Shown here piece after piece: positions 8,413 through 19,126 of a stretch of 64,000 nt of DNA. Both the position numbers and the translations under genes were made by a program. The notes under the pieces were generated by a model. It worked only from the letters and a program-made list of their open reading frames with translations. It did not search any database and was not told the origin of the DNA. The stretch's first letter is position 1, and each line of letters starts with the position of its first letter. This stretch comes from a virus. The DNA lies in UHGV virus genome UHGV-0072281; one strand, given 5' to 3'.

Positions 8413-9618
8413 TTATTTCGTACCCGCTTCCGCCTGTACGTCATCACGAGACGTCAAGTTAGCGTTAACGTGTACTGGGGCCTGAACCACACCACCGTAT
8501 TTCTTGTGGAGATAACCGGTATGTGGGTTATCTGCCGCAATGTGGTTTTGTAGGTTCTGGTTCGCCTGACTGATTGCGTTCGTGTTGTTAGCAACTTGCT
8601 TTTTGAGCGCATCCAGGTTCTGTTGTAACTGATCGATTTTCTGATCGGTTTCTTGACCCTGTTGCTCTAACGCGTCAACACGCTGAATAACCTGATTCAG
8701 TTTCGTGTTCAAATCGTTAATGCTCTTTTGCAGCTGTAACACTAACGAGTTCAGGTTCGCTAACGCTAAAGCCATTTTCTGGTAGTTTTGAGCAACCACG
8801 TTAAGTTGGTCGTTCCACGCTTCCAGAGAGTTGACAACAGCGTCAATACGCTTACCTAAAGCTTCATCTGCTTTCTTCAGTGCATTGATTTCCGTAATCG
8901 TTGCGTCGATAGCAGACTGGACGTCACGAATAAGCGCACGGATTTCAGTTTCTGTTAACCCGTTAACCTGATGAATATCAAGATGGTGAACGTTACCGGT
9001 TGCGTTAATGTGTGCATTTAAAGCGTCTAAGAAGTCATTTTTCAGGCTTTCTAAAATCGCTTTAATGTTCTCTAACTGTACCGCGTCACCAGAACTGATC
9101 GCATCTTTAATACCCGCCAATACGGTAATGATATATTCAAAACCGTAAATATCACCTACGTCTTTATACGTCGGTGCAGAAGGGAATGTATCTGGTACGT
9201 TACGCAGGTCTTTAAACGCAACCGTACGGTTATCGAGGTTTAATTCAGCAATCGCCTGTTCGATAGCCACGATGTTCGCAGACTGTGGGCCACCAACGAC
9301 CTGCGCAGATACCGTAATATCTGTTGGAATCGCTGTGTTAGTGACCACCACCGCCATAACAATCTCGCGGTTTTTAGTCAGCTTTTCATAAGTCGGGTGT
9401 GCAAAAATCAACTCATAATCGGTACCACGTTCGTAGGTTGCATCCGGTCGGTTAGCAACGCGTAAACGGAACGTGTCCGCAAAGAACGGGCCGTCAGGAA
9501 AAGCAAAAGCACGGTTTACTTTACCTGTACCTAACGTAATCTGACGCTCCACAGCGTTAGACGTTAGCGAGCCCGTTAAATCTAAAGGATATTGATAAAC
9601 AATGGAGGCCATGGCCAC
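8413..9618 (-). CDS. tail fibre protein (coiled-coil rich)
   Basis: 401 aa; N-terminal FPDGPFF...GTDYEL motif shared with the three giant genes upstream; long heptad-like Q/N/L-rich segment. Confidence 0.6.
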   Translation of the reverse strand: MAMASIVYQYPLDLTGSLTSNAVERQITLGTGKVNRAFAFPDGPFFADTFRLRVANRPDATYERGTDYELIFAHPTYEKLTKNREIVMAVVVTNTAIPTDITVSAQVVGGPQSANIVAIEQAIAELNLDNRTVAFKDLRNVPDTFPSAPTYKDVGDIYGFEYIITVLAGIKDAISSGDAVQLENIKAILESLKNDFLDALNAHINATGNVHHLDIHQVNGLTETEIRALIRDVQSAIDATITEINALKKADEALGKRIDAVVNSLEAWNDQLNVVAQNYQKMALALANLNSLVLQLQKSINDLNTKLNQVIQRVDALEQQGQETDQKIDQLQQNLDALKKQVANNTNAISQANQNLQNHIAADNPHTGYLHKKYGGVVQAPVHVNANLTSRDDVQAEAGTK

Positions 9619-9652
9619 TCTCCTTTATTCGAGACGTCCTTGTCCCGAGTCA

Positions 9653-12600
9653 TTAAGATGTAAACATAAGATTGAACTGGAGTTTGTCGATATCGCGAGT
9701 TTCTGCTGGATTCACGCCGTCGTACGCGGTCGCTACGTAAACCGTTAGCGTACCGTCAGCGTACGAGGATATTACCGGTGGGTTAGTTCCGGTCTGACCA
9801 TCTCGCACAATGAGTGCAGGCTCGCTGGGAAGATTATCAAACTGCCCTTTAACCGCTTTGTATACCAAACCGGACTGTGCAGATAACTCCGTGTCTGTGT
9901 ACACACAGAACGGTGTATCGATGTCAGCTTGTTTGATAGTGGTACCGGATTCGACATCAACCAACTGTACTGCTCCAAACTTCGTGCGATAACTTTCATA
10001 TTCGTTCTTCGGAATAACAAAAGTAACGTGAACACGAACTTCTTCAGCGGGCTTAAAGCCAGTATGTTCTTTTTCCAAATACTGGTTGGCTGATAGTGTC
10101 ACTTTTTGTTCGGCCATCGAACCACCTGCCTGATTTATTCCGTACCGGGCTTCAACAATACCGGTTGGTGCAGCAAGTCGCAATTTCAGAGTCCGATTCG
10201 CCGTTCCTGGATTACCTGGCACTTGAACGCGCAAACTCAATGCTAAGTAAGCATACGTTCCGGTAGTCGGTTTCGTATACGCACCTATCCATTTCATGTT
10301 CGCAGACGCTGCCTGCGTGTTCTCAGAAGCAATGGCTGTCGTAATGTTAGCAGCTACCGCTTTCTGCCAGAATTGGTCGGCGCAGTTCTCATACGCTACT
10401 CTGGCCACGCTCTTATAACCCGAATACGTTTCCTGAATTGGTAACTTAGGACGCGTCGTGATGCCAGACAATGAACCCCATTTTTGACCGTCAACATACC
10501 CTTCGCCCTTCGACGCAGCCGCCGTAGGTGCTTTAACGGGCTTGTTAACCAGGGTTAATAGAGGACCCGTCTTTCTGTCAAACGCTGCTGCTACATCGTG
10601 TTGGTCGATAATTGCTGCGTGGTCTTCCAGCTCTTTCACACGACCCAAGCGTTTTACTTTGTCGATACTGATATCAGTAATACGGCTGGAATCGGTGGTT
10701 ACTGTCCCGACGAACAGTCTCGTTGAAGTATCGGCTAACTGCTCCAAACCGATGCGGTATTGTGCGGTAGAATCCGACACCTCAGCGTGCACGTAGAACG
10801 TCTGGTTAGCGTGATTGGACGGGAACTCGCTGCTTAAATCCACAGACCACGTTGGGAGTGTGTAGCTGCTGCTACCGAAGTCTAATTTGACTTCTTCTGT
10901 CAAATACAGAATCCAACCTTCCGCTGTCTCCACACCAGCAATAATAACCGCCTGACCACCGGTTGAGAACGTCGTGTCGTTAACGAACTCTGCGGCTGTA
11001 TACGCGTTACCTGAACAGAAAACACGGTCAGCTTTAGAGAAAATCAACGCCATCTTGTCCCAATTACCGGCACCCATATAGCATCCAGATTCTGGGTTAT
11101 GCGCAGGAGCCATCTGACGTAACTGCGACTTACCAGGAACGCGAGACCAACCTGAACCTGGGTCGTAGGTATACTTCGCGGCGTAACCTAGTGCGTTTAA
11201 GTCCCCGATATTTCGGATAGTTAACGTATAAGGTAGCCAGATACCGAAGTTAGTTCCATCCGCAGAAGCGAAAATAGGCTGTCCGACGCGACGGGTCTTA
11301 TTACCAGCCTCCTCTCTTAACGACTGATAACTTAAACCGTAGTCTTTATCCAGGAACCAATCCACCAACTTAAAGTTAGCGGAGTTGAACCGTAAGTAAC
11401 CATTCTCTTTAGATGGACTCACCATGAAGTAATAGATGTCAAGAATTCGACGACCGTTACTTAAGGTTTTCATGCACGAAACTTGCAACAAGTCAAATTC
11501 GCACACGGTGTTGATACCCAACATCCAAAGAGCAAACAATGCATTACCGGTTTGATGGGCAGCACTAATACGTTCGTTCGCGTATCCGTTCGCTTGGCCA
11601 GAAGGTGCACCGTCAACGATCATCCGAATCATTTTCTGTCGATCGGCTTCTTCTAGCGTTAAGCGTTCGGAAGACAACGCGAAGTTACCGTAGATGTTAC
11701 GATACGGGAACGTTTCTGCTTTGGTCAAATACCAACCGTTTAACTGTCCGTGACGCTCCTCAGGAGTCATGCACGCAGCCATACAGCTAAGCTGCTCATA
11801 TAGCGTTGGATCGACTTCACGACGGTTGTTGTTCGGACCGTATCCGCTATAACCCGGAACATCGTAAGGTTTGTTCGGATCAACTTCTACTTCGATGGTG
11901 TAACGGTTACGTGGGTTAGACATCCACACTTTGTTCGAACCACCAATCCCAACAGGATGGGAAAGACCAATGGTATAAATAGAACCACGACCTTTATCCC
12001 AGGTAAACGTTCCTTCGCCTGAGGTATTGTTTGGGTTATCGTAACGCAGATAATCGAAAAATTCTTTGCCTTGTGTTCCTTTAATAGAAACGTTAGGCAT
12101 TTGGTCCGCGTCGTTAATCTGCCAGCAGGAAAGCATCATTCCTGTTCCATTAGGCTTAGCGTACGTTGCAAAACAACGATTGTTTGCTTGACCACCGCCC
12201 CACTTACGGCTGGTTTCTACAGTTGAACCATCCGCGAAAGAGAGTGTAGTAGCATCAGCCTTGATGGGAAAGCGTTCGCGGCCTTCTAACGTAACCTTGC
12301 CCGTCGACGTATCGATTGTAAAACTTGTTGCCCACTGACGAAAGTTAATTTGTGAGCTGTCAGCCGCTGCAAACCACACAGTAGGCATATGGTTCACACG
12401 AATCACGCCGTCGCGCACTGCACAAGCATGGTTACATTCTGGACCGTGAACAAAGTTGCAACCAATTGTCCATTTAGCCCGTGCTTCCGGCGTCAAATAC
12501 GTAAAGAACTGACCCGTTTGTGACTCTTCGGTTTTCTGGCCAATGCGTAGGCAGAGGTTATCTCCGAATTGTCCCATCTCCCCGTTTAGTGTTACGCGTT

Positions 12601-14836
12601 CAAACTCCAGCGTGGTGCTAGTAGACAAATCGTCCTTACGTAGACGCCAAGCTGCTACTGCGTAAGCAGAGTTATTTACCGTAGAGCGGAGAAGATAAAC
12701 GTAATCCTCAACCAACACAACATCATCGGCTTCTGGCCACGGATTCCAGGTTTGTTCCACAGTACCGCTGGGGTTGCCGTTACGGTACACGGGCATCGTA
12801 ACGCGACATACCACCGTGTGTTTAGTGTGATCCATCGAACCATTAAACAACACCAAATAACGGTTATTATCAGAACCCAGACAAATAATCGCTTCCTGAC
12901 CACCGATCAATATAGCTTTCAGGGTCACTCCAGGATATTTACTCATCCCGGCAGGGTGATATTTCACTGAGGTCTGCTGCGGATTTACAAACGCGTTTGA
13001 CGTGTTAATGTCAGCATAGCCGTAATAAATGGCTTCTGTACCCGGTACGCCGTTAGAACCGTTACGGAGCGAATAAACCTTACCCTGCTGATACCCAACA
13101 ACCCCTTTTTGATAAGACTGGTTTTTGGTATAACCCGAATAGTTACCTAGCGCTGGGATAGGTAAGAAGTTCTTGTTACCGAACTTCGCACCACCTACCG
13201 TCCACGCCGGTAAGATGGTATTCAGTTTATCAGAGACTTTCTTAATCTCTTTTGCGAACAGCCACCCTTGACGCGACGTGACAGCTTTATCGTTAGTAGT
13301 GTCAATCGCATCCCAGAGCTGCAAGATACCGTCAACCGATGCACTACCAATTGGAATGTTATCCAAGTCAGCAGTGGTGTGTGTATGCGTCTTCAAACTC
13401 TTGTTTTTCAACACGTTCGTTAACGCTTTCGTCACCGGCTTAGCACTTGGCGTGGTGTTATCCATCTTATCGGTACCGAAATCGGTTTTCGTTAAGGTTA
13501 ACACCATACTGTCGCCTACCTTAACAAACCCTTTACCGTTAACGGTATAGTCATCGTCAACGTACAGGTCCAAGCGGTCTTTTAATTCGGTTACGGCTTT
13601 CTGGGAGATAGCAGTACCTAACGCCGCAGACGTGGAGATATTCGTAATCGAGAACAACCCATAAACTGATTCGGTCGCTGTGGGAATATTCGCGTTTAAC
13701 GTAACCGGGTTAGTCTGTTTTGCGGTACCGTACGGTTTTACAGTGTCTGACGCTTTGAAATACGCGTTTGCTTCGAGCAACGTTACTGACGTCAGGTACA
13801 TGTTCACCATTTCTGGCGTAACCAGATACACGGAGTTATAAACCGGCGCTAATACATCCTGTTCTGACCCCGAGTGAACCCAAAGCGTATTCAGACCCGC
13901 ACTGAATTCAACCGCTAAACCTGATTCGTTGTTGTCCTGGTCTGCTTTAATCACCAACGGTTGTGGCGAGGTAATTAACCACTTATCACCGCGAATACTG
14001 ATGATGTGGCCACCTGACGTTTTAAACGTTAATTCAATACCGTTAGTAGTGCCCCATCGACCGTAAACAGTACCGAGGGCTTCACCCATTAACTGGTCAA
14101 CGTCTGATTGCTCAATACCCGCTGAACCCATCAGCGTAGCCAACTCGTCAATCGTCAACCCAAACGCTTTTGTAGCGTCAACAGCGCGGCCTAATACCGG
14201 GAGAGCAGCAATGTCGTCAGTGGTATAATGATGAGCGTTAGGATTCCGGTGGTGTTGGTATAACTCTTCGTCGAAAACCTTTTTACCGTTCTCGTAAATC
14301 AGGTTAGTAACTTCACTAAACGCAGCATCTAACTCTGTAGAACGCTTAATGATTTTCTTACGAATGTCTTCTAACGCCTTAACAACCTCATCTCTCAGAA
14401 TAGCTTCTTCTAAGTTAGCAGGCGGGTCGATTGGTTGAATAACCGGCGCATACGCCATTAGTTCAGACCAGTCCACGTTACGTGGGTCTTTCAGGTCAGT
14501 ACGAACTAAGAACTTCCCGATTTCAGATTGCGGTACACGATATTGACGTGCTACCCCTAAAATCTCATATTCGATTTCTGTTGCAGTAAGCAACATAAAC
14601 CCGCCGTAAATCTGATCTTGTTCAGCTTCTGCGAGTTCTTTAAAGTAATAGCCTAAATAGTAGTCCAACCCCTCAATCAGAGTACGACGTCCGTTAGGCG
14701 CGGTATCGTCGGCTACTGTGAGTTTTAATCCGATACGATAAAAAGGTCCTTCAGGTGGAATGACCACGTTAAATCGGTTAGGGTACGTTGCTGTGCTTAG
14801 CGTACCGTTAAACTGCGCCGCGTCTTCTCTCGGCAT
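9653..14836 (-). CDS. large tail fibre / tailspike-like structural protein
   Basis: 1727 aa uninterrupted ORF; N-terminal PEGPFY...GLDYYL motif; Gly/Ser/Thr/Asn-rich. Confidence 0.6.
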   Translation of the reverse strand: MPREDAAQFNGTLSTATYPNRFNVVIPPEGPFYRIGLKLTVADDTAPNGRRTLIEGLDYYLGYYFKELAEAEQDQIYGGFMLLTATEIEYEILGVARQYRVPQSEIGKFLVRTDLKDPRNVDWSELMAYAPVIQPIDPPANLEEAILRDEVVKALEDIRKKIIKRSTELDAAFSEVTNLIYENGKKVFDEELYQHHRNPNAHHYTTDDIAALPVLGRAVDATKAFGLTIDELATLMGSAGIEQSDVDQLMGEALGTVYGRWGTTNGIELTFKTSGGHIISIRGDKWLITSPQPLVIKADQDNNESGLAVEFSAGLNTLWVHSGSEQDVLAPVYNSVYLVTPEMVNMYLTSVTLLEANAYFKASDTVKPYGTAKQTNPVTLNANIPTATESVYGLFSITNISTSAALGTAISQKAVTELKDRLDLYVDDDYTVNGKGFVKVGDSMVLTLTKTDFGTDKMDNTTPSAKPVTKALTNVLKNKSLKTHTHTTADLDNIPIGSASVDGILQLWDAIDTTNDKAVTSRQGWLFAKEIKKVSDKLNTILPAWTVGGAKFGNKNFLPIPALGNYSGYTKNQSYQKGVVGYQQGKVYSLRNGSNGVPGTEAIYYGYADINTSNAFVNPQQTSVKYHPAGMSKYPGVTLKAILIGGQEAIICLGSDNNRYLVLFNGSMDHTKHTVVCRVTMPVYRNGNPSGTVEQTWNPWPEADDVVLVEDYVYLLRSTVNNSAYAVAAWRLRKDDLSTSTTLEFERVTLNGEMGQFGDNLCLRIGQKTEESQTGQFFTYLTPEARAKWTIGCNFVHGPECNHACAVRDGVIRVNHMPTVWFAAADSSQINFRQWATSFTIDTSTGKVTLEGRERFPIKADATTLSFADGSTVETSRKWGGGQANNRCFATYAKPNGTGMMLSCWQINDADQMPNVSIKGTQGKEFFDYLRYDNPNNTSGEGTFTWDKGRGSIYTIGLSHPVGIGGSNKVWMSNPRNRYTIEVEVDPNKPYDVPGYSGYGPNNNRREVDPTLYEQLSCMAACMTPEERHGQLNGWYLTKAETFPYRNIYGNFALSSERLTLEEADRQKMIRMIVDGAPSGQANGYANERISAAHQTGNALFALWMLGINTVCEFDLLQVSCMKTLSNGRRILDIYYFMVSPSKENGYLRFNSANFKLVDWFLDKDYGLSYQSLREEAGNKTRRVGQPIFASADGTNFGIWLPYTLTIRNIGDLNALGYAAKYTYDPGSGWSRVPGKSQLRQMAPAHNPESGCYMGAGNWDKMALIFSKADRVFCSGNAYTAAEFVNDTTFSTGGQAVIIAGVETAEGWILYLTEEVKLDFGSSSYTLPTWSVDLSSEFPSNHANQTFYVHAEVSDSTAQYRIGLEQLADTSTRLFVGTVTTDSSRITDISIDKVKRLGRVKELEDHAAIIDQHDVAAAFDRKTGPLLTLVNKPVKAPTAAASKGEGYVDGQKWGSLSGITTRPKLPIQETYSGYKSVARVAYENCADQFWQKAVAANITTAIASENTQAASANMKWIGAYTKPTTGTYAYLALSLRVQVPGNPGTANRTLKLRLAAPTGIVEARYGINQAGGSMAEQKVTLSANQYLEKEHTGFKPAEEVRVHVTFVIPKNEYESYRTKFGAVQLVDVESGTTIKQADIDTPFCVYTDTELSAQSGLVYKAVKGQFDNLPSEPALIVRDGQTGTNPPVISSYADGTLTVYVATAYDGVNPAETRDIDKLQFNLMFTS

Positions 14837-14857
14837 CGTAAAGACTCCTACTTTTTA

Positions 14858-14894
14858 AATAAAATGGATACCCCTCCCCATTACAGGGAGGGGT
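14858..14894 (-). terminator. hairpin between the 1394-aa and 1727-aa fibre genes
   Basis: Minus strand: cccctccc-tgtaat-ggggaggg followed at ~8 nt by ttttattt. Confidence 0.45.
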
Positions 14895-14931
14895 TACCTA
14901 CGGACACACAACTGCCCGCAGGCAGCCTGTC

Positions 14932-17900
14932 CTAAGTACGATCCCCTAACTGCTTCCCGTTAAGTTCTCGTTTCAGTACAGAAAGTATCCATTTCCACGC
15001 TTTACTCGTGATATGGTACGGATTGCGTTTCTCCATTAAGAACTGCTTTTCACCGCTACGCAGTTCAAAGCTCTGCGCATTAAGGTAGTCCTGACGATAG
15101 ATTTTCTCATCAAAAACTTCCAATGAACAGGTAAAGTTAAGTTCGTACCCTTCAGGATTATTACCCGGCGGGTCTAAGACAATATAGATGTCCTGGCCTA
15201 CACGTAAATCCGTTGGAGTGATGGTAATCGCTTTACCCACATCGGCGTTAGTCGACAGAGCAAACTCCGCACTGTCCGTAGACGCTAAGAATGGGTCTTT
15301 CCCTGCGTCGCCAATAATCACTTTACCTGGCCAGTTACTTTTTATCGTTCCCGTCACTTTTGCAATTCGATATTGCTGTTTATCAACACCTTGTGCAAAA
15401 CGGAGAATGAGTTTGTGACGATAACGACTTGCAGCAACCTTAGTCGTACTCCACACATTGTTCCAGGAAGTGTGCAGTTCATTGTTCTTCGCCATCAACG
15501 CACCACGAGACAGTTTACGGTCAAAGAACTGCGCAGGTAACTGCCCATCGTGAGAAACCGCAACACTTCCCTGACCAGTTGGCAAGGCAATGCTCTCCGT
15601 GGCACGGTATTTTTGACTAATCTCATAAGTCGCAGGGTCAATCACAGACTGACTATAATCAGCGTCTTTGTTATCAGCCAAATACCCAACGGATGAATCC
15701 AGATACGACTCAAACAACGAACGTAAGTAATGATACTTATCAATGTCGATATTGTTCGTAACCGGATCAATCAGTGCGTGGCTAATCGTTACTCGGCATT
15801 TCGCGCTCAGTTCTTTAAACGATAATCCTATTCCGTCACCGGTGAAATAATCCACTAAGTCGAACGGGAATTGAATTTCCAACTGACGTTGTTTAACTGT
15901 CGTCGTCCCAAACTGCGAGAACGACAACGCTAAACGTAACACACGCGTACTTACGTTATAACGGTAACGAATCATCCCACGAGGTGCATGGTTTGCAGAG
16001 ATTTTATCTCGGGCGGCGCCCCAGCCAATCAAATCGAGAATCGCAGCATTCGTTTCTTCACCGTTGAACAACACATCCTTAAACGTTGCATTCACCGCTG
16101 TTTCCCCAGACTCTTCCATTACCAACGGAATGTCAGTAACGGCAGAATCTGAACGGGAACCAATCCCCAGCTTACACGCTTTGGCAGTTAGGTCAATGCG
16201 CAGATAGCGACGTTTAACGCTACTCCCTTGCGTTGACGAGCATAGAACCAAATCCGGCGCAGCAGCAAGGGCTTGCGTCCCACCAACATCGTCAACATCG
16301 AATGCAAACGAGCCTTCGAAAGTCGGTGCGTTGTTTTCTTTCGGGTTAAACGGTGTAAACCAACAATACGGCGTAGCACCTTCAGGTATCACAACGTATT
16401 GAAGACTGGATTTCACGTTTTGGTTGTGTGCGTAAGTATAAAGACCGCGACTGACAAGATGGAAAACATCACCTGTACCGGCTGTTAACGCTTTCCTAAA
16501 GATACACGCTCTCGGTTCGGCAATAGCACGGTTTAATAACGGCAAACGTGGGTTATCCGTTAGCGTCCAGTCCACAGAACTGAGTCCGTGCGCTTTACGA
16601 GTGTCGATGTGTTCACTAACCTCGGCACTTTTCCCGAAATCGAACGTGGTTTCGAACCCAACTGTTTTATTCGCGTAATTCTCACCAGCAACAATATCAA
16701 CGTAACCGATATAACCACGTTCAGGATCAACTGCGATGCTCTGAATAGGTTCAGCACGCGAATATAGAGAGCCTGTGAGCATGTTAACGTACAGATAGTG
16801 ACGAATCCCTACGTGGGTTGTAACAAACTCCTGGAGAAGCTCTACGCGCGTTTCAGGGCCACTGAAGTAAACAGGGTAATCACCGTCGTAAACTTCAAAT
16901 TGCACAGCTGCTGATTTTGCAGTGTCACTGCATTCTGCTTTAACAGCGATTGTGTAATTTTCAACATCTAACGACGTTGTGTAGTTCATTAACAACGGAG
17001 ATTCACCGGTAGCGGCCACAACACCATTTACATAAATGGTTATCCTTCCACCGCCAGCGGCGTAAACAAACAGCCTATTCTGATAAGCTTTGACCCGTAT
17101 TTTAGCCAACACTGATACAACGGACTGTTCACCCATCTGTGTAGCGCTTTTACCTACCGGAACTGACTGAAACCCCATTGTTGGAGGATCAACAATTCCA
17201 TCCCAACTAATCCCAGTACCTCTACTAACTTTCCCCGTAGGCCAAGTCAGCTCAAGCTGGTTGTTCGGTGAGAACCAGTTAAACATCGGGGTGGTTTGTA
17301 AGTCAATCGCACCAGTAACGACACCGTCGGCCTTTCCTCCATTCAGCAAATAGAAGTATTTCAAATCCTGAACGGAGATTGTCGTACCCTGGCTATTAAA
17401 ACGCCAGTCTGCGCCTTTTACAGCAGCGAAATCAGTTACTGTTCCTTCTTTCGCGTTTGCTATCGCAGCGGCCACCACATCTAAACGTGCTGAAAGCTCT
17501 TTTAAGATGTTCGGTACCACTGCTCGGTTTTCAACTAAACCGTTCTGGTTAGTTGCGTAACGGCCAATACCGTAAATAGACTGCGAGGCTTTATAAATGC
17601 CTAACTCTGACCAGCCGTGATGGTGGCCGACATCTGCTAAACCGCTAACCGATGTATTCAATGCGGTAGACAACGGTTTGTCAAGGTCTGCGGTGTTGTC
17701 CGCTTGCCCTAATCCCAGATCGGCTTTCGTGATTGTCCTGGAACCGTCGTCCATCGCTTTACCGTTAATCATGGTCGTTTTAGTCACGTACCCTGATAAG
17801 TCGGTTGAATACGGCGTTAATGACGCAGGGGTTGCAGCAACCCCAACCGTTTCTGTGCCTTTACCGGTTTTAAGTTTAACGACACCTTTTTCAGTGGTTG

Positions 17901-19116
17901 ACGCTTTCGTCGGGTCGATAGCCCCCACGATAGGATCGGCTCGAGAACCTTTACCAGTGAAACTGATCCCATTACGGCCTTCGATATACACTTTGGAGTC
18001 ATCAGGGTCGCTACCGCCACCAGAACCCGCATCAGGGTCTTGTTGGTATTCCATAAGTGCGGTGGTGGTCAGTAACGGGTTACCGTTCAGGGTGAGTTTG
18101 TTCATCCCTAAAACATCGCCCGTTGACTCGATGCGTAACATGTTTTTACCCGCACGCCAGTTAATGTAACGTCCCGCGCTAGTGCCTTCCAAATGACCTA
18201 CCGCCAATACCACAGAACCGTTGGATTTTAACGTAAAGCCGTCATTCGCAAAAATGATTTCTGACTCACCGTTTTTCGAACGGAATTGTGCGCGGTTTCC
18301 TGACACCGTACAGTTAAACACACCCCGTACTTCCGAAGAAATCCAGTGGGAGATATACGTGTCAATAACCGACTGTGGTAAACGAAACGCTTTCAGCTCA
18401 TCCGTCAACGCTTTCAACTTTAACCCGTACGCCATAAAGGTGTCAGGGGTTTTCAGGTTAACGGGATGTGCATTAATTTGTGCACTTGTGGTTTCGTGTG
18501 GGTTCGTCGCGGCAATATGTGCTGGGTAGTTAAACGCTTCGATTTCTTTACCCAACGCGGTCACTAACGCTTTAACTTCAGCTAATTTATCTTTAATTAG
18601 CTGGTTAGCGTCATCGGTTTTCAGCTCGATATCGTGAATCGCCGACGCTAAGTATTTTTTGTTCAGCAAATCCGCCCAGGACGTTGCCGCAGGCGTAGCT
18701 GGGTATAGCGACGGTCTACCGTCTAACAACAACCAGTCTGCACTGACTGGGTTATTCAAATATTTCACCAACTCGTCGAGCATCTCAACGAACGGGTCGT
18801 AGAACGTACCGCCGAGCATTTGTCCTTCAAAGGTTACGATGCCTTTGATGGATGGGTTGATAAGGTGTACCCCACAATACACGTTGGCTGCTACCGAGTC
18901 ATCCAGTTCCGTCAGCTGATATTGTAGTTCGTAGTCCACCCCACGACTCAGTGGGGTGGTTGAACCCGGTTGTCTGACGACTAAGTCTTCAAAGAACGGG
19001 CGATGGTCTAAAATCACCACCCGGTCGTTGTTGTTTTCTGACCCGATGATACGCTCCTCTAAGAAGTGATTCTCGGTTTTCGTCCCCCGAGGATCGTAAG
19101 GATACGCTTTCATCAA
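14932..19116 (-). CDS. large tail fibre / tailspike-like structural protein
   Basis: 1394 aa ORF; N-terminal HRPFF...GVDYEL motif. Confidence 0.6.
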   Translation of the reverse strand: MMKAYPYDPRGTKTENHFLEERIIGSENNNDRVVILDHRPFFEDLVVRQPGSTTPLSRGVDYELQYQLTELDDSVAANVYCGVHLINPSIKGIVTFEGQMLGGTFYDPFVEMLDELVKYLNNPVSADWLLLDGRPSLYPATPAATSWADLLNKKYLASAIHDIELKTDDANQLIKDKLAEVKALVTALGKEIEAFNYPAHIAATNPHETTSAQINAHPVNLKTPDTFMAYGLKLKALTDELKAFRLPQSVIDTYISHWISSEVRGVFNCTVSGNRAQFRSKNGESEIIFANDGFTLKSNGSVVLAVGHLEGTSAGRYINWRAGKNMLRIESTGDVLGMNKLTLNGNPLLTTTALMEYQQDPDAGSGGGSDPDDSKVYIEGRNGISFTGKGSRADPIVGAIDPTKASTTEKGVVKLKTGKGTETVGVAATPASLTPYSTDLSGYVTKTTMINGKAMDDGSRTITKADLGLGQADNTADLDKPLSTALNTSVSGLADVGHHHGWSELGIYKASQSIYGIGRYATNQNGLVENRAVVPNILKELSARLDVVAAAIANAKEGTVTDFAAVKGADWRFNSQGTTISVQDLKYFYLLNGGKADGVVTGAIDLQTTPMFNWFSPNNQLELTWPTGKVSRGTGISWDGIVDPPTMGFQSVPVGKSATQMGEQSVVSVLAKIRVKAYQNRLFVYAAGGGRITIYVNGVVAATGESPLLMNYTTSLDVENYTIAVKAECSDTAKSAAVQFEVYDGDYPVYFSGPETRVELLQEFVTTHVGIRHYLYVNMLTGSLYSRAEPIQSIAVDPERGYIGYVDIVAGENYANKTVGFETTFDFGKSAEVSEHIDTRKAHGLSSVDWTLTDNPRLPLLNRAIAEPRACIFRKALTAGTGDVFHLVSRGLYTYAHNQNVKSSLQYVVIPEGATPYCWFTPFNPKENNAPTFEGSFAFDVDDVGGTQALAAAPDLVLCSSTQGSSVKRRYLRIDLTAKACKLGIGSRSDSAVTDIPLVMEESGETAVNATFKDVLFNGEETNAAILDLIGWGAARDKISANHAPRGMIRYRYNVSTRVLRLALSFSQFGTTTVKQRQLEIQFPFDLVDYFTGDGIGLSFKELSAKCRVTISHALIDPVTNNIDIDKYHYLRSLFESYLDSSVGYLADNKDADYSQSVIDPATYEISQKYRATESIALPTGQGSVAVSHDGQLPAQFFDRKLSRGALMAKNNELHTSWNNVWSTTKVAASRYRHKLILRFAQGVDKQQYRIAKVTGTIKSNWPGKVIIGDAGKDPFLASTDSAEFALSTNADVGKAITITPTDLRVGQDIYIVLDPPGNNPEGYELNFTCSLEVFDEKIYRQDYLNAQSFELRSGEKQFLMEKRNPYHITSKAWKWILSVLKRELNGKQLGDRT

Positions 19117-19126
19117 AAAATTCTCC